Part shown: positions 12,714 through 26,324 of the stretch, one piece after another
How positions within the stretch are numbered: position 1 is the first letter of the stretch
Layout of the letters: every line of letters begins with the position of its first letter
NCBI GenBank assembly: GCA_001949185.1
Contig: BDGG01000002.1
Coordinates: 5,818,448 to 5,882,447, forward strand
Origin: Ramazzottius varieornatus
Taxonomy: Eukaryota; Animalia; Tardigrada
Direction of reading: 5' to 3'
Length of the DNA stretch: 64,000 nt
Made by a program: the position numbers and the translations under genes
The notes under the pieces: generated by a model
What the model was told of the DNA's origin: nothing
Database searches by the model: none
What the model saw: only the letters and a program-made list of their open reading frames with translations

Positions 12714-15125
12714 GTCCAGATTTACTTTAAACGTATAGAAATAAGTTGTTGCAGTCTGCAGGAATAGGAGTATCGAGGCCGATGAATTCTGAAAAGGAAA
12801 CTCGTATCAAGAGAATGGTCTCAACGCGCCGTGATAGGGACAGGGTTCTTGCCTACTTAGCCGCCCTCTTGTACCCTACTGCGACCAAGGCTTTGTCCAG
12901 ACAAGTTCGTAAGATGACAATAAGTTCCTGTTCAAACATCTCAAGTACCTTGCTATACATACAAAAACAAAAGCTTGTACCAAGTAGCAGAATATGTTCA
13001 TGATTGTTCGATAACTTCAGCTTAATGGCCATTTAGTTGTTCAAACCAATTACTGGGCCATTAGACTTCAGCTCAAATACTTGGCTCTCCCGATCTGACG
13101 AGTGATTGAGCGGAGAAAAAAATACGAGCGAAATGGGATGCAGACATCAGGGTCACCGAAACGACAGAACACTGCGTACGCATCCAAAATTCAGTGAAAA
13201 TAATTTGAATCTCGACAAAGCTCCTTACCTTTTTCACTTGGACAAGGAAGTAAGTTATTTCTGCGCTTTAATGGACATCAATCGTGGAAACAGGTTCGAG
13301 TACCAAGATGAGTAGGTAGTTACTACGGCAGTATGCGACGGCACAAAAGACTGCGGCTGATCCAGATGCAGGAAGTAGGTCGAGAAGATCCAAGGACCCC
13401 TCGAAACAGGAATCGCGCTCAACAACTGAATTAAATTCTATCGATCAAGTTATCCGGCGTGTCTTTGCATAGCCAGACTACTGTGAGGTCCTTGCTCAGA
13501 TAAAGAAGGAAGAAGTGCAACTCGTCGGTCAAAAAAGGTGGGCGGCGAACTACGTAGTATGTCTGTGGCGGGACTACACCTTGCGGTCTGTTCTACTGTA
13601 TGAAGGTAAACCAAGTGTAATAAGAGGCGCCATTTTCATACAGCGTATGGATCGTATAGCCGAGTTTCAATTATCGTTATGCGGCGAGATCAAAGGAAGC
13701 AAAAGTTGATATTAGGGCTGTTGTCAACAGCTTTCTCTACTTTCTGCTCAAAGACAATTACCCGCGAGTAGTCACGGCATGCTTCGCTAAAGCCGTAGGA
13801 TCAGTCGACGCCGCCGCCGTTTGGCACAAAGTCACGCAAGACAGTACTCAAGCATAATATATATTCAGAAATGTCTAAGGTCATCTTCTGTCAATTTAAA
13901 TTTGGCAATAATTTATGCGAACGACGCGGCGAATAATCTTGCCAAATATCCTGAAACATTTAACTGTTTATTGGCGACATTTATCTTCCATATTATACCT
14001 TTGTGTTGTAAAGCAAACGCCCGTACTGTTTCTTCGCAGGGCGACCCGTTGCTGCGCGGCTTGATCCATAGAGGTTCTTCCAAAACAAACCGTTGCAGGA
14101 AAGCTTCATGTTGTACCCAATCTTATTTTCTCAAAAGAGAAATGAGATCATGCAAGGTTTTGAGGATAAAATGAGAAAAGCGTCTTGAAGGGGAAAAGAC
14201 CAGTGAGAGCGCTATCGTTTGTGGAAGAGAATCTGGTGAACGATAGGGCGTGTTACTTGGTGTTACCACTGACAGGTTAAGCAGTTAAATAGAAAGCGGC
14301 ATCCTTTAATCAAATGGAGTCCATTTTGCCATCATACCCTCAAAGTGCTTTGTCGCATGCCAAAGATTGCACAGCTGTAGGAGCCGCCCAGGGACTGTAC
14401 CTGGAATTCTTCGTCTCTCAGAAACCAGAAACTACCCATCTGGAAAACGTCGCACGGCCAGCACCTACCAATCAAGTCAATCATAGCCAGACTGTATACG
14501 CAATTACCCTTCGGCAACTTGAACATATCCAGTAGAAGCCGCTCGTGTTCGTAATAGAGGGGTCACCGTCAAAATAATAACGGACTGCATGCGTTGCGAC
14601 TATAAGTTTGTTAGTGCTTTCGATGACCGTACCGCTATCTCTTAAAACCGGAATATAACGATGAAGACGACTTTAAAACTCAAAACAACCCAGCCTAAAG
14701 ATTAATGGCATTAAATTGGCCGTTCAGATTATCAAATATACCGATGGCGGCGCTCTTTGATCTTAGCAGCAGTAGCGAGAGAAAACTCTTTCCGATGGGT
14801 GTAGATTGGGACGCGACAGCCGACGCCGTCCGATGAACTTGTGAAGTCTAGCTTGGACTACCATCCCATCTGCTACAAACTACCGCCTTTTTACGAACAA
14901 ACTACAATATTATTTATCCTGCCTTATTCAAAACACCACACATAAACATAAAAAAATTCTGCTGGTGGCGCAGTGTGAGGTAGATACTGGTAAACATGTT
15001 GATTGGGTCACTTCGCGCACTAGCTGCATCTTTTCGATTCGCGTGGTCACTCTCCTCCAAAATTCAAAACAAAAAAGTGCGAAACAAAGCAAAAGTAAAG
15101 TACACTCTACGAGGGAGCGGATTTC

Positions 15126-16314
15126 CTATGCTTGTTTGCTGAAGTACTCTGCGATCGCCTTTGCCGGATCGGCATGCATCGTCTCATTTCCAGGTTTCCA
15201 GTTGGCTGCAAAGTGACAAAGTGTGGCGATAGTTTGAAGCGCGATCTCGGGAATGGTTTCGGGCGAATACCTCCTCATCTCATGAAGGAAATTAGCAGGC
15301 ACTTACCGGGACACACAACTCCATGGACGTCAGTGTACTGCAGAGCTTGAACCAGACGCAGTACCTCGTCAATACTACGACCCACGCCCATATCATTGAT
15401 CGTTATTTGCCGCAAGATCCCCCGACGATCGATAATGAAAAGTCCCCGAAAGCAGTTGCCGTCGCCTTGGCAGTACACACCGTATTTCTTCCCGATCTCT
15501 GTGTTACGGTCCGCCACCAGCGGATACCGAATTTCTCCCAGTCCGCCCATCTTGCGTGGAGTCTGCACCCTAAAAACAATCAGCAGTTTCTTACTGATTG
15601 CTCAGGGAACTTCAAAGCCTTCTGACCCTCATAGGTTTACGAAGGTATGCCCTAAGCCCTAACTGCTTGATAGGGAGGTCTTGTTGCTTGATTGGGCTTG
15701 ATTTGGTGCAGCAGATTTGACCAGTTTGGTCGCTGAATCGAGCGGAAACGTTGCGAAAGGGTATCGGACGCATTACGGAGCGGTTTGATCCAAAGTTTCC
15801 ATATAGAGTTTGTTCTCCGTAAATAAATGAAGAAGAAGCGTCCGATTTGCGGATGTGACGTTAAAATAATTTCAGACATTCTCTTCCGAGGTTACACATT
15901 AATAGAGAGCTTCGAGAAATTATTTTTCTTCACCTCTCCCAACTCTCTGGTTCACTAAGAAGAACTTCGATGTCCTCTCCCAGGACCCCCACAAAATAGT
16001 ACCAATTTAAAACCGGCGAAACGTTTGAAGCTCTTAAGGTTTGAAGCTCACCAAGCCAAGTGGACCCAGTGAGTATCAGTGGATACTCCAATAACTTCAC
16101 AGTCCATCACTTTGAATTCGGCAATGCGATCGCTGAATGCCACCAGCTCCGTCGGACAGACAAAAGTGAAGTCCGCCGGGTAGAAGAACAGCACCACATA
16201 TTTCCCCCTGTACGTCGATAGAGTTAGGTCTTCAAACTGGAAGTCCACGAGGGCGGTTGCCGTGAAATCAGGAGCCAGCTCACCAAGCATCAAACGCGGT
16301 TCCGAAAACGCCAT
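15126..16314 (-). CDS. Typical 2-Cys peroxiredoxin, copy A (3 coding exons)
   Basis: [36 protein letters not shown] and a C-terminal EYF motif; stop 15126-15128. Confidence 0.95.
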
Positions 16315-17087
16315 GACTAGAAACCAGAAACAAAAGCGAAAAGAGAAATTTGACCAGCGCCAGAGCTCACTCCTGATTTTATGGATCTTGTTCATCGAAT
16401 GCGAAGACCCCATTGGTAGTGGCAGATGAAAAACGAGCCCCCGCAACAATCGACAGGCTTTGGCATTTCTGTACTATCACGTCGTTCTCCTGGGACGAAG
16501 CTTTAAGTATTATTGACTCTATTCATCGAGAACAGATGGTCCCACGCAGCCAAAAAGACTCATTCCTGGAAGGACCCACAGAGAACCATATTGCGTTTTG
16601 GTGCAGGTGCGCACGAGATAACATCCGTAGTCAACACCGCATAATGTAACCCTACAGCCATGAAGACGGTTTTACTCTAGGCGGCGCTATCAAACTTCTT
16701 TTTCTGCAGTTCTGGGTAAGATCGGATACAGAACGCTGGTAATTACGTAAGGCCCGGTAAGATGTGCTTCGGGGTCCTGACAGTGACTTACGCAATGTAT
16801 ATGTTAAAGTAAACACTACGACAAGTTTGATTATTATTAAAATCATTGACGATATCAACCTGCAGTCCTGCAGTACAGGCTTTAGGGTTTTAATTGTGTG
16901 GCAGATGCTCAAAGCACGCCACTGGTATGACAGGGTAAAGACTAAAACAGTAAGCGGACTATGGTATATTGTCGTAAGAGCTCACGTCTTGATAAAATCA
17001 TCTCCGAACTGGAATCACGAAACACTGCATTTATTTTCCGGGTGACGGTGAACCTTGAGGGGTCTTCTTATCACGTACCGGCACGGT

Positions 17088-18340
17088 TTACTTCTGTTGT
17101 TCGGACTTGGCAAAGTAGGCTTTGCTCTTCGCAGGATCAGCATGCATAGCGTCTTGACCTGGCTTCCAGTTAGCTATAAAAACCACACGTTATGAGTTGC
17201 AGTTGGGGTTTTCCCACGGTGGAATAGTGCGCACCAAACGGGACATCGGTAAGCAATTCAACCCAGACTGTTATTTCAAGTGGCTCATGTTTCTATTGTC
17301 AGTAGCTGAGACTGTGCGCCACTTGAAAAGCGATCTGCGTGACTTCATTTGTCAACGTCCCAAATAGTATCACTGCATACCTGGGCACACTTGTCCGTGC
17401 TCTTCGACGAACTGGAATGCCTGGACGAGACGAAGAGTTTCATCCACGCTGCGTCCGACGGGCATATCGTTGATGGTTATTTGACGTAAGTTGCCCTTCG
17501 AGTCGATGACAAAGAGTCCGCGATAAGCGTTGCCTGAGCCGTGGTCATACAGTCCGTATCTGCCACGAGCAAAGATCAGATCATTTAATGAAAAAGCAAA
17601 TCGATTGCCACAAGCAAAACCCCGAACGCCAGCCCTTTTCGAACAAGATTACACAATACAACCGATTGTGATACAAGACTGCAAGTCAGCAAGGTGGAAT
17701 TGAACACTTCTTTCACACGAAGGCACAATGAAGAAGCACTTTATTAGTGTTGTGCTTATCGCAAACAGCAAACTTTAACAATGATATGCACTTCCTTCGC
17801 AGCACACCTTCTCTCAGAACGTCCAGGCTGAAACTGTGTAATGGTGGATGCGATGAGTCGAAGAAAAACCCTTCTAATAATCTAATTAACAAGATAATCG
17901 TAGTTGAACTTACCGCTTCGAGACTTCAGCTGTTCGGTCAGCGAGCAGTGGATACTTCAGTGGTCCAATTCCGCCTTCCTTGCGAGGAGTGTTCATCCTA
18001 AATGATGACAACTATTTAGTCTATCAAGTGATATATTGAAACCTCCACCCTACGAGGAAGTAACAAACGCTTACCATGCCAAGTGGGTGTACAGAGTATC
18101 CGTCGACGCACCGATAACTTCGCAGTTTAGCTTCCTGAACTCCTCAATTCGTTCGCTGTATGCAATCAACTCCGTAGGGCAAACGAAGGTGAAGTCGGCC
18201 GGGTAGAAGAACAGCACAACGTATTTCCCTTTTCCAAACTTGGACAGCTCGATCTCCGACATTTCTCCATCGATCAAAGCCGGCACCTTGAAATCCGGAG
18301 CCGGTTCGCCAATGTACAGACGGGGACTTTCGAAGGACAT
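17088..18340 (-). CDS. Typical 2-Cys peroxiredoxin, copy B (4 coding exons)
   Basis: [60 protein letters not shown] and SKAYF; stop 17088-17090. Confidence 0.95.
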
Positions 18341-19040
18341 CTTGCCTCAAGCAGGTTCAACCTGGAAAAGATACAAAGCTTTAGACCGGATCACCAATAG
18401 ATTCCTGTCATCCTGTGCACTTTGAGTAGCTGAGACATTAGTACGGTACAGAAAACTGGTAGGTGAATGATGAGACTTGCCTTATAGGATTGTAAGGAGT
18501 CAATTTCAAGACCTCTTGATCCCGAAAAGAACCTCAAAAGAAGACAACCCAGGGCCAGCGTACTCGGGCTTCCTGCTGCAATAATAACATTGATTACCAG
18601 TTACTGTGCTAAGTACTGTAAAGAGAATACTGAAAAATTCGCTGCGTCTGATCATTACATCACTACCGACGGAAGAGATCACCGGGGCGACATGGCATTC
18701 GGGCGTGCACTGCCCGGATATAATTCTCCGCGTCTATCACACTGCAGTATTAACGTAATCAGACCAATCAGCGAATCAGACCTGGCGCGTCAAGTGATCC
18801 GAGCGAAACGCCCTCCCGGTCCTCACTCTCCACCATTTGACTTCCGCTCTCATTTCTTCTGCATATGTCTCATCGTCTTGGCTTCACTCAGAGTTCTGTG
18901 ATGAGAAAGACTTTTGTCTTCCCATATCTGCGACCACACGAAAAGAAAGGATCTTTGACATTTTCGCCTGCAGGGGTAATGGCGGGTCACGTGGATCAAC
19001 ATACCCTTATCAACTCGGGCGCCCTGAAATGGCTTATGTT

Positions 19041-19822
19041 CAGTGTTGCTCCGATCATTACAATTGATAATTAAAAATGGCCGTTTTTGAATTCCACTAT
19101 GACAACTGAAATTGCAATCCCAAGCTGGGTAATTCCAATATTAATTGGAATTGTATTAGAATTCCGAAATTAAAAATTGGTAATTAAGGTAAGCAATGTG
19201 ACTACTCAAATTATTGAATTTGCGCCCTACAGCGCGGTAAAACGCACGTGGGTGTCCCAAGTATGGGAGTTTCTGGGTGTCTGTGGCGCTTGATTGGGCG
19301 AACATGTATGCGTATGTGCATGTCGCACGACGGAGAAAAGTACGAGGCAGATAGTTTTGTTTTGCGAATCACGCGCGGTGCATCGATTTACCCACGAAGT
19401 TAAACCCTGGTGACGATATTTTTGACTACCAACACCCTAAGGGATGTGTCGCATGTATGACGACATACGCGCAAGGCTTCAGGAAGCATTACAATACCTG
19501 CTTCCATCAGCGCATCCGTTTTTAATGCCTTGAGTACAACATGTTCTGAGCTAAACATCCAACATCCATTCCCCGCTTATGGAACCGTGGGCTTAAGTCG
19601 CTTTAGAACACGATATTTCGGGAATATTGAGATCTCAAAAATGAAAAGCAACAATTGAAATAAATTTCAATTGGTGATGCGAGCTGAATTCCGATTAATT
19701 GTAATTGCTAATTCAGCCGAGCTGAATCTCACGAGTCAGACAATTGAAACTGCTGCGGCCCGAAGTATTCCGATTAATCGTAATTGCAATTAGAATCGAA
19801 AAAGTATATTGGAGCAACACTG
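19041..19822. mobile_element. hAT-type MITE
   Basis: TIR CAGTGTTGCTCC / GGAGCAACACTG, 8-bp TSD CTTATGTT / TTTATGTT and AATTG subterminal repeats. The left end resembles 56367-56700. Confidence 0.85.
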
Positions 19823-21359
19823 TTTATGTTGTTATTCTTTACCGGAAGTGGCCACAACTGCGAAATGATTTGATTTCAGCGGCTAAGACTGTTTCAAACA
19901 TAGAACCGTGGAGTCATTACTGCAGGTTGATCATCGATGCCTTGATGGTTAAACTTCTACTTCCCGTGTTCTTTACTTCATATTCAGCTTCTCAAGAGCA
20001 GGGACTATCCACACCCAAACAATACCAGAAAGATCTGCCCAAGAAGGGACCCCAACATGCAAGTCTCGACAGCCACACCAGAAAGAGTGGGTAACCGTCA
20101 GGAAAATGCAACTGAGAGCAGAAACTAACATGTACTACCGAGCATCTTCTGACCACTTACGAAACAGATAAGAAATAACCACAATGACTGTTATGAACCG
20201 TAGAAGGTTAATCAGATAGACTCCATAGAATAGTGCAGCATTCAATGAGCATTGCGTTTAGAAGATATATATAGTTTCTTCTGTTGCTCTCCTCGGTTCT
20301 GCCGGAACCTCTCATAGGACTTTAACAGCGTCTCAAAATGCTTATGGACATCTTTAAACGACTCGAGCTGTTGGCTGATATCTTCCTATCGACACCGAAT
20401 CTGAAAAACATGTACATTATATTATAATCAACGATATCAGTACGAGGAAACGGTTAAGTTAGCCGTCTAACTTCGGCTGTTCCGTCCAACTTATTCTCGA
20501 ACGTTTCTGCATGGATCGGTAGGTAAAACAGCGGGCTGTCGAATGGTACCACTTGCAACTGACAGACAGTCCTAGAAAATCTAAATGATTCTCACAGAAA
20601 GCGTCCGGACCCCATGTTAAAATCAACCTAAAGAGCCCAGACGCAAGATCAACTGTCAAACCAAGCGACACACGCTATGGCGGTGGCTACCTCAACAACC
20701 ATTCCCGTTTCCATCGTATCTCGATAAAACCTCCAGAAATTCGGACCCACCGATTGATATTCGTTTAAAGACGCACCGCTATTCGCTGCAGCAACGCGCT
20801 GTGTTGCCACTTTCGTCTTCTTCTTTTCAAAGCTACTCGTACAGATCTGCGTCCTGAGTTCGATCAGGCTGTTGGCGATGGCTGCTTCGGGTTCATCGCT
20901 GACTAGTCCACCAGTTATTCTTCCTCTTTCAGGATCCACTTATCTTGAAACCCACTACATTATCGGAATCTCTTCACTCCGATCCGATACGGAGGAGCCA
21001 GAGATCTGAGGTCCAAAGTTCTAGATTCTGGAAATGAAGAGCAAACTGAGTAAGAGTGGAAACTGGAAAGACTGAAGTGACGTTTTGACTTGACTTCCGG
21101 CGGAACAGGCTGTCGCTGCGGGTTTGCGAAATATCGTCTGATAGATAGGCGAATACGAGAGGCGGGTGTTGTATTGTCTCTGTGGTGTCGATTGATTGAT
21201 AACGCTTTTGATTTGTGACGTCCCACCAGTTTCTTCACTTTCAAAACGATGTCATTCTGAATTTTTTTCCCAGAATCTTGATCGTACTCTTACTCGTATT
21301 AGTATGTTCGAAGTTCTTTGTCCGTTGTGTTTTGGGGCCAAAAATCGCGGGATACGAGG

Positions 21360-23084
21360 ATGGAGGACGATGTGGAGATCGTGAACGAGGTAGTGAACCT
21401 GGAGATTGATCCATCCAGGCTTAGCACTTTATTCCAGTGTCCAGTCTGTTTCGAGAAAGGTTTCCGTTCTTTGACTGGACTGAATGTTCATCTTGATGTG
21501 GTCCACAATGCGGGTTCGAAACCCAGGAGTCTATCTTCCGACAAAGAGAAACTCGACGAACATGTCATCAGGCGGTTGGTCAATGAAATTGATTCAAAGT
21601 GTGGTGGTCCGAACAGTAGAGCAGCAAGTGGACTTCCTGGACCAGCGACTAATGGGATATCAACCAAGCACAGTAAGACTATACATTGACTTTTTCTTCG
21701 ACCGAGAACACGTCGTATGATAACACTCTTGGTTTTCAGAAGGTGCATCAAGTCTCCAAGACCAGCTGGAGGCTCGGCGACTGGAGCAACAGGAGAAATA
21801 CCACGCGAGGAAATCGTCTGACGATCCTGTCCAGTCACCTGTTCGTAAGAAGTTCGAAACTGATGCAGAACTCGCTAGACGGCTAGCTGTCGAAGAAGCC
21901 GACTTCGAAACTGCGAGATCTCTGCAGCGGGAAGAGGGGGACAAGATGAGTGAAGTTTTGATAATAGGTACGAGAAGAAAGTTATTCAGTGATCACTTTC
22001 AGCAACCGGAGGTGATTGTATCTGATCATACCCTTCTAGATCAGCTCGACGAAATCCAAGAGATCAGCGCAACGGACGTTGAAGCTACTTTGAATGGAAT
22101 AGCAAGAGAAACTTCGCCGTTGCCAGTCTCTATTCCGGACAAAGTGATCGACGAATCGATAGTGCGCAACTTACCTCCATACAACCTCGCGAACGAGAAC
22201 ATGAGAAGGCGAATCTTTACCGATCCCGACGCTGACCCCGGCGTCTCTTGCACCTTTGACGTGCTGAAGACCATCCGGATGAACGTCCGACTGGACAGAA
22301 GGGTACAGGACGTATACTTGTGCGCTGACTGTGTTCACTTCGCTTCCGACACGGAGGATACCGGCTTCAGTTGCGGCTATCGCAACGCCCAGGTCCTCAT
22401 ATCTTGCATGTTTAATTTTCCACTATTGAGGAACCAGCTGGTGAGGAAACTGGGTGATATGTACGTGCCTTCGATCGAGAAGATGCAGAGACTGATCGAG
22501 AAAGGCTGGAGAGAAGGATGGGATCCTCAAGGCGCAAAAGAACACAACTTCCGGCTGGTATGAAATCAGTTAAGGTCCAAAACTAAAGTTCGATGTTCTG
22601 TTCTTTACAGCATGGCAGTCGGCGATGGATAGGACCTGTCGATCTGTACGCCATGTTCATGTGCATGGGTATCGAAGTGCACATCGACTACTTTGTCCAC
22701 CAGCATACCAACTACGGACCACACCCAAAGCTCTTCGAATATGCTCAAAAGCATTTTCTGCCTGCGGCGACTGTCCCGGTTCTTCCCCTGTACCTGCAGC
22801 ACTCTGGTCACAGCCAGACGATAGTCGGGTACGAACAAAGGCAAGAAAGCAAAGACAGTAACCTGCTCGTCTTCGATCCCGGTGTCAAGTCGGAACGGAT
22901 GCGCTTCACTTCCGGCAGTGAAACCCGATGGCTGGACCAAACAGTTCGCCGCCCCTCAAGTAAGCTCTCTAAACCGTCTTATGAGGTTCTGGTGGTTACG
23001 GGTCGGGTGCTGAGTCCTGAAGACCAGACGCGTGCAAAAGCAGCCTCCGCTTTTGGTATCAAAGGAGGGAGGTTTGTGTCTTGA
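21360..23084 (+). CDS. ZUP1: ZUP1/ZUFSP-like deubiquitinase (peptidase C78)
   Basis: C2H2 finger (CPVC...HLDVVH), MIU-like DAELARRLAVEE, catalytic DTGFSCGYRNAQVL, PSIEKMQRLIEKGWREGWDPQGA, LYLQHSGHSQTIVG and VFDPG. Confidence 0.9.
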
Positions 23085-23306
23085 GATTTCAGTTTGGTTA
23101 TCCTCCCAAAAGCTTTCTCGAAATGTACTGTCGTAATTTGTAACTTGAGCCTTTACTTGAGCCTTTTGCCTTCCAAATTGCTTTGAAACAGTTTTCTTGG
23201 TTCTTCCGACGTTTTTGGAGGAAATTTTCGTTTTATTTTGCAAAAGAAATAATTTTAATATAAATTGAGGAAAAACTCAGTCGTAGAATACAGTACTTGA
23301 CAGGTG

Positions 23307-25241
23307 TTAGACCCAGTCCCGAGGTATCTTCAGCACTTCGAGAAGCCGCTGTTCTTCCGAATCGCTTTTAGGACTGTGACAGTATTCCCATTTCTTTGGA
23401 AAAAAGAGAACGGTGTTGCAGGCTGAAAGTGCGATGCTTTGTACAGTACTTTCCTACTTACAGCATATAGCGGCAGGGACATCAAGATACTCTCAAATCT
23501 GGCACCCGGTGTGAAGAGACCGAATTTTGTCCCGCGGTCGTATAGTACTGTCAAGCATCAGAGTAATTCGCGCCGGGTTACGGAGGCTGGGAACTGCTTA
23601 AACGTGGGATGCCCGGATCAGACAATGTAGAAACTTACAGTTGAACTCCACGTATCTGTAAAATAGACAAAATAATGAAGAAGTCTTCGATACAAGTGCC
23701 ATCAAGCGGGGTCTGTTTCGAAGTTGTTGCTTCCATACCTTCCTCTGCGCAACAACTGCCATTCGCGCTGCGCGGGAGTGTAGAGTTTATCCTTGTTCTT
23801 TTCCACGAGAGGAACGTAAGACGGGATGACGGCATGCGCACAAGACTACAGTAACAAAGGATGAGGTAGGCTATCAATCGGTTTCTTATGGTCTTATTCC
23901 CCAATTTGTAGTTTTTCAAAGCGGATCCCCAAGTGTTTTTCTCTGCAGGCTACGGAAAGTCACCTGAAGGAATCTGAAGGCATCTTCGGCCGTGGGCTCT
24001 TCCAAATCGTCAAAGAATATTCCGCCGACACCTCGTCTTTCGCCTGCAGAACGAGATGTGTATTGTCAGCAGGGTTCATTAGTTTTGACCGCTTTTACTT
24101 CCGGGTCCTGATCGAAGGTAAGGAAACAACATACCTCGATGCGCGACTACAAAGTAGTCGTCGCACCATTTCTTAAACTTCAAATATAGCTCCTTATCGT
24201 GAGTGTCACATGCATCCTTCAGAGTGGAGTGAAAATGTCGGCAGTCCTATGAAGCGCGAGAAACTACTGCATATTTTTCTTGATCTGTTGCAGGTATGAG
24301 GAACCAAATTACTTCCTCGTCCAAATAGTACGGTGTCAAATCAGTTCCTCCTCCAAACCACGCTTGTTTCGCGCCGTTTTCTTCCGTTACCTCGAAGTAT
24401 CGATAGTTAAAATGTATGGTTGGTACGTGAGGGTTTCTCTGCGGAAGGAAATGTTATTTTTCTGCTTTTGGTCGGAAGATACATGCACACACGCCGTTGA
24501 CATACCGGATGGATAACGGAGCTGATTCCCGAAGCAAAGAATGTCACCTTATCTGAGGTCAAGATCTTTCCTCTGGAAATCCCACCATACAGATATTGAA
24601 GGAGACTAAGTACCCTTCGTCGGATTTCAGTCTTACCTGGAGCGCCTGAAAAGGATAAAAGGTACAGTAACAAACAGGTTTTTTTCCCGCTGTTATTTTC
24701 TGGTATGACGGATGCTTCGGAAAATTACATTTGGGCGATTGCCTCTTTAGGAAGAGTACCATGGACTACGGAGATGTTCACTCCTCCCTTCTCGATCGCC
24801 TCTCCATCTTGCAGTACGCACGATATTCCTCCACCTCCCTCTCAAGAACGACAGGTAAGATAAGGCAAAAGAAGTGCGAACAGAGCCTATCAATCTGGTC
24901 GAAAAGTTCATACTTCGACTCGTTCCCATCTGTCCACTTGAAATTTCTGGTTGGGTTCGAAGCTCTCCAGGGCTCGGCAAAAGTCTCTCTGAAACATGCA
25001 GTCTAGGTTCGGTGCGCGGGAAACAGAAGGGAAGAATGAGAAGGTGTGGCGTACCTGAATACCCAGTACGAAGAGCTCCATGCGGACTTTCATATCGTTG
25101 GTTGCCTGTAAGGGAGAGAATCAGCAGAATAACCAGCGAGAATCATCAAGCCAATGGGATGCTAAACCGCCCACAATTTACAATATTCAAGGTGGCTTGT
25201 TCCGTTAAGGGTTTCGCCATGAAGTCCATGTTTGGTTCCAT
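23307..25241 (-). CDS. CPOX: Oxygen-dependent coproporphyrinogen-III oxidase
   Basis: Exons give [84 protein letters not shown] and [24 protein letters not shown]. The start codon is uncertain and may lie further upstream. Confidence 0.95.
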
Positions 25242-26324
25242 GACCAGGGAGAAATGTAAACCGCTCGCTGCGAAAGAGCAACCTTGAATATTACAAAAAT
25301 GAAGTATTCAACGTTACATTTCTGCTGGTGGCATGCAGCGTCGACGTAAGCTTCACTCCACAAATATACATCGGGGAAAGGATTTTGTACTTTCCCACCA
25401 ATCTACAACTGCCATCAGCTCCATAGTCCAAAGGTTGCAGCTGGTTTAAATCATGCGAATGGTGGTTCCTCGCCCACTTGACTGTCGGTCAAAGAAAACA
25501 GAAAGCATGCTCACTTAATAACCCTGAACTCACGTTCACCCTGTCATGAAGAAGTGTTTAGGCAAATTAAAGTTTGTAGGAACTCATTTTTCACGAATTT
25601 TGCTTCCACGGAATGCGGTACTCTGTAGGTGGCGCTTTAGTTAAAACTTACTGATCGGCTATTTTCCGTCACTGTGTGCTCAGACGTCGACTGCACGCCT
25701 TCTGACAGTACCACCAGAGAGACCCCTCTAGTCTCTCTGGTACCACTTGTTTCACTTGGCAAATAGATTCCAATGTGACAGAGTGGGAAAAACACAGCTG
25801 TATCATCGTTACGCAGGCCATTACGGATATTTTGATTTTATCCTCTTCTTTCTCCTCTGCAGGAACCACTTCCGGGTCGATACTGTGACGTAGGTTGCGC
25901 CGACTGCATCTTTTACGTTGCGCTTCACTTGCGACAAGCACGAGTCGGCATGGCGGAAGCACGGAGGAAGAAGAGACCTGGATCCTATCGATCGAGTTTC
26001 GTGACGTGATGGTAAGAGTTTTTGTGTGTGGCGAACTTCTCTCAAAGCTGCGTCTCTGAATGGATCAGCTCGCCGCATTATGTCGGGATTACGTCAGTCA
26101 GTATTCCGTGCAGTGAATGGAAATGACATCGTAATCTAATCAAACTGCATCCTTTGAACGACAGCCTTTCATCTTTCCTTCATTTTTCTTGCTTGTTTTT
26201 AGACGTCGAAAGTGCTCCTTGAAAAGAAAGCTTCCGGGTGTGCTCGAGTCCATCTTATTTCCATTGACCGTGCCGTGTCTACATCGAACAGCAATGTGTT
26301 GCTAGTCGTAGAGAGTTTTTTTTA

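Noticed and set aside
14830-14862. SECIS element (ATGA...AA...GA)
   Set aside because: Helix II does not pair properly and no in-frame TGA selenoprotein lies upstream on that strand.
15126-18340. Bacterial (AhpC) horizontal origin of the peroxiredoxins because of PADFTF
   Set aside because: Introns, GGLG/YF motifs and the VCPANWKPG tail fit eukaryotic Prx1-class enzymes; one residue is not evidence of transfer.
20459-21244. Minus-strand ORFs upstream of ZUP1
   Set aside because: No motif or splice-consistent model could be built.
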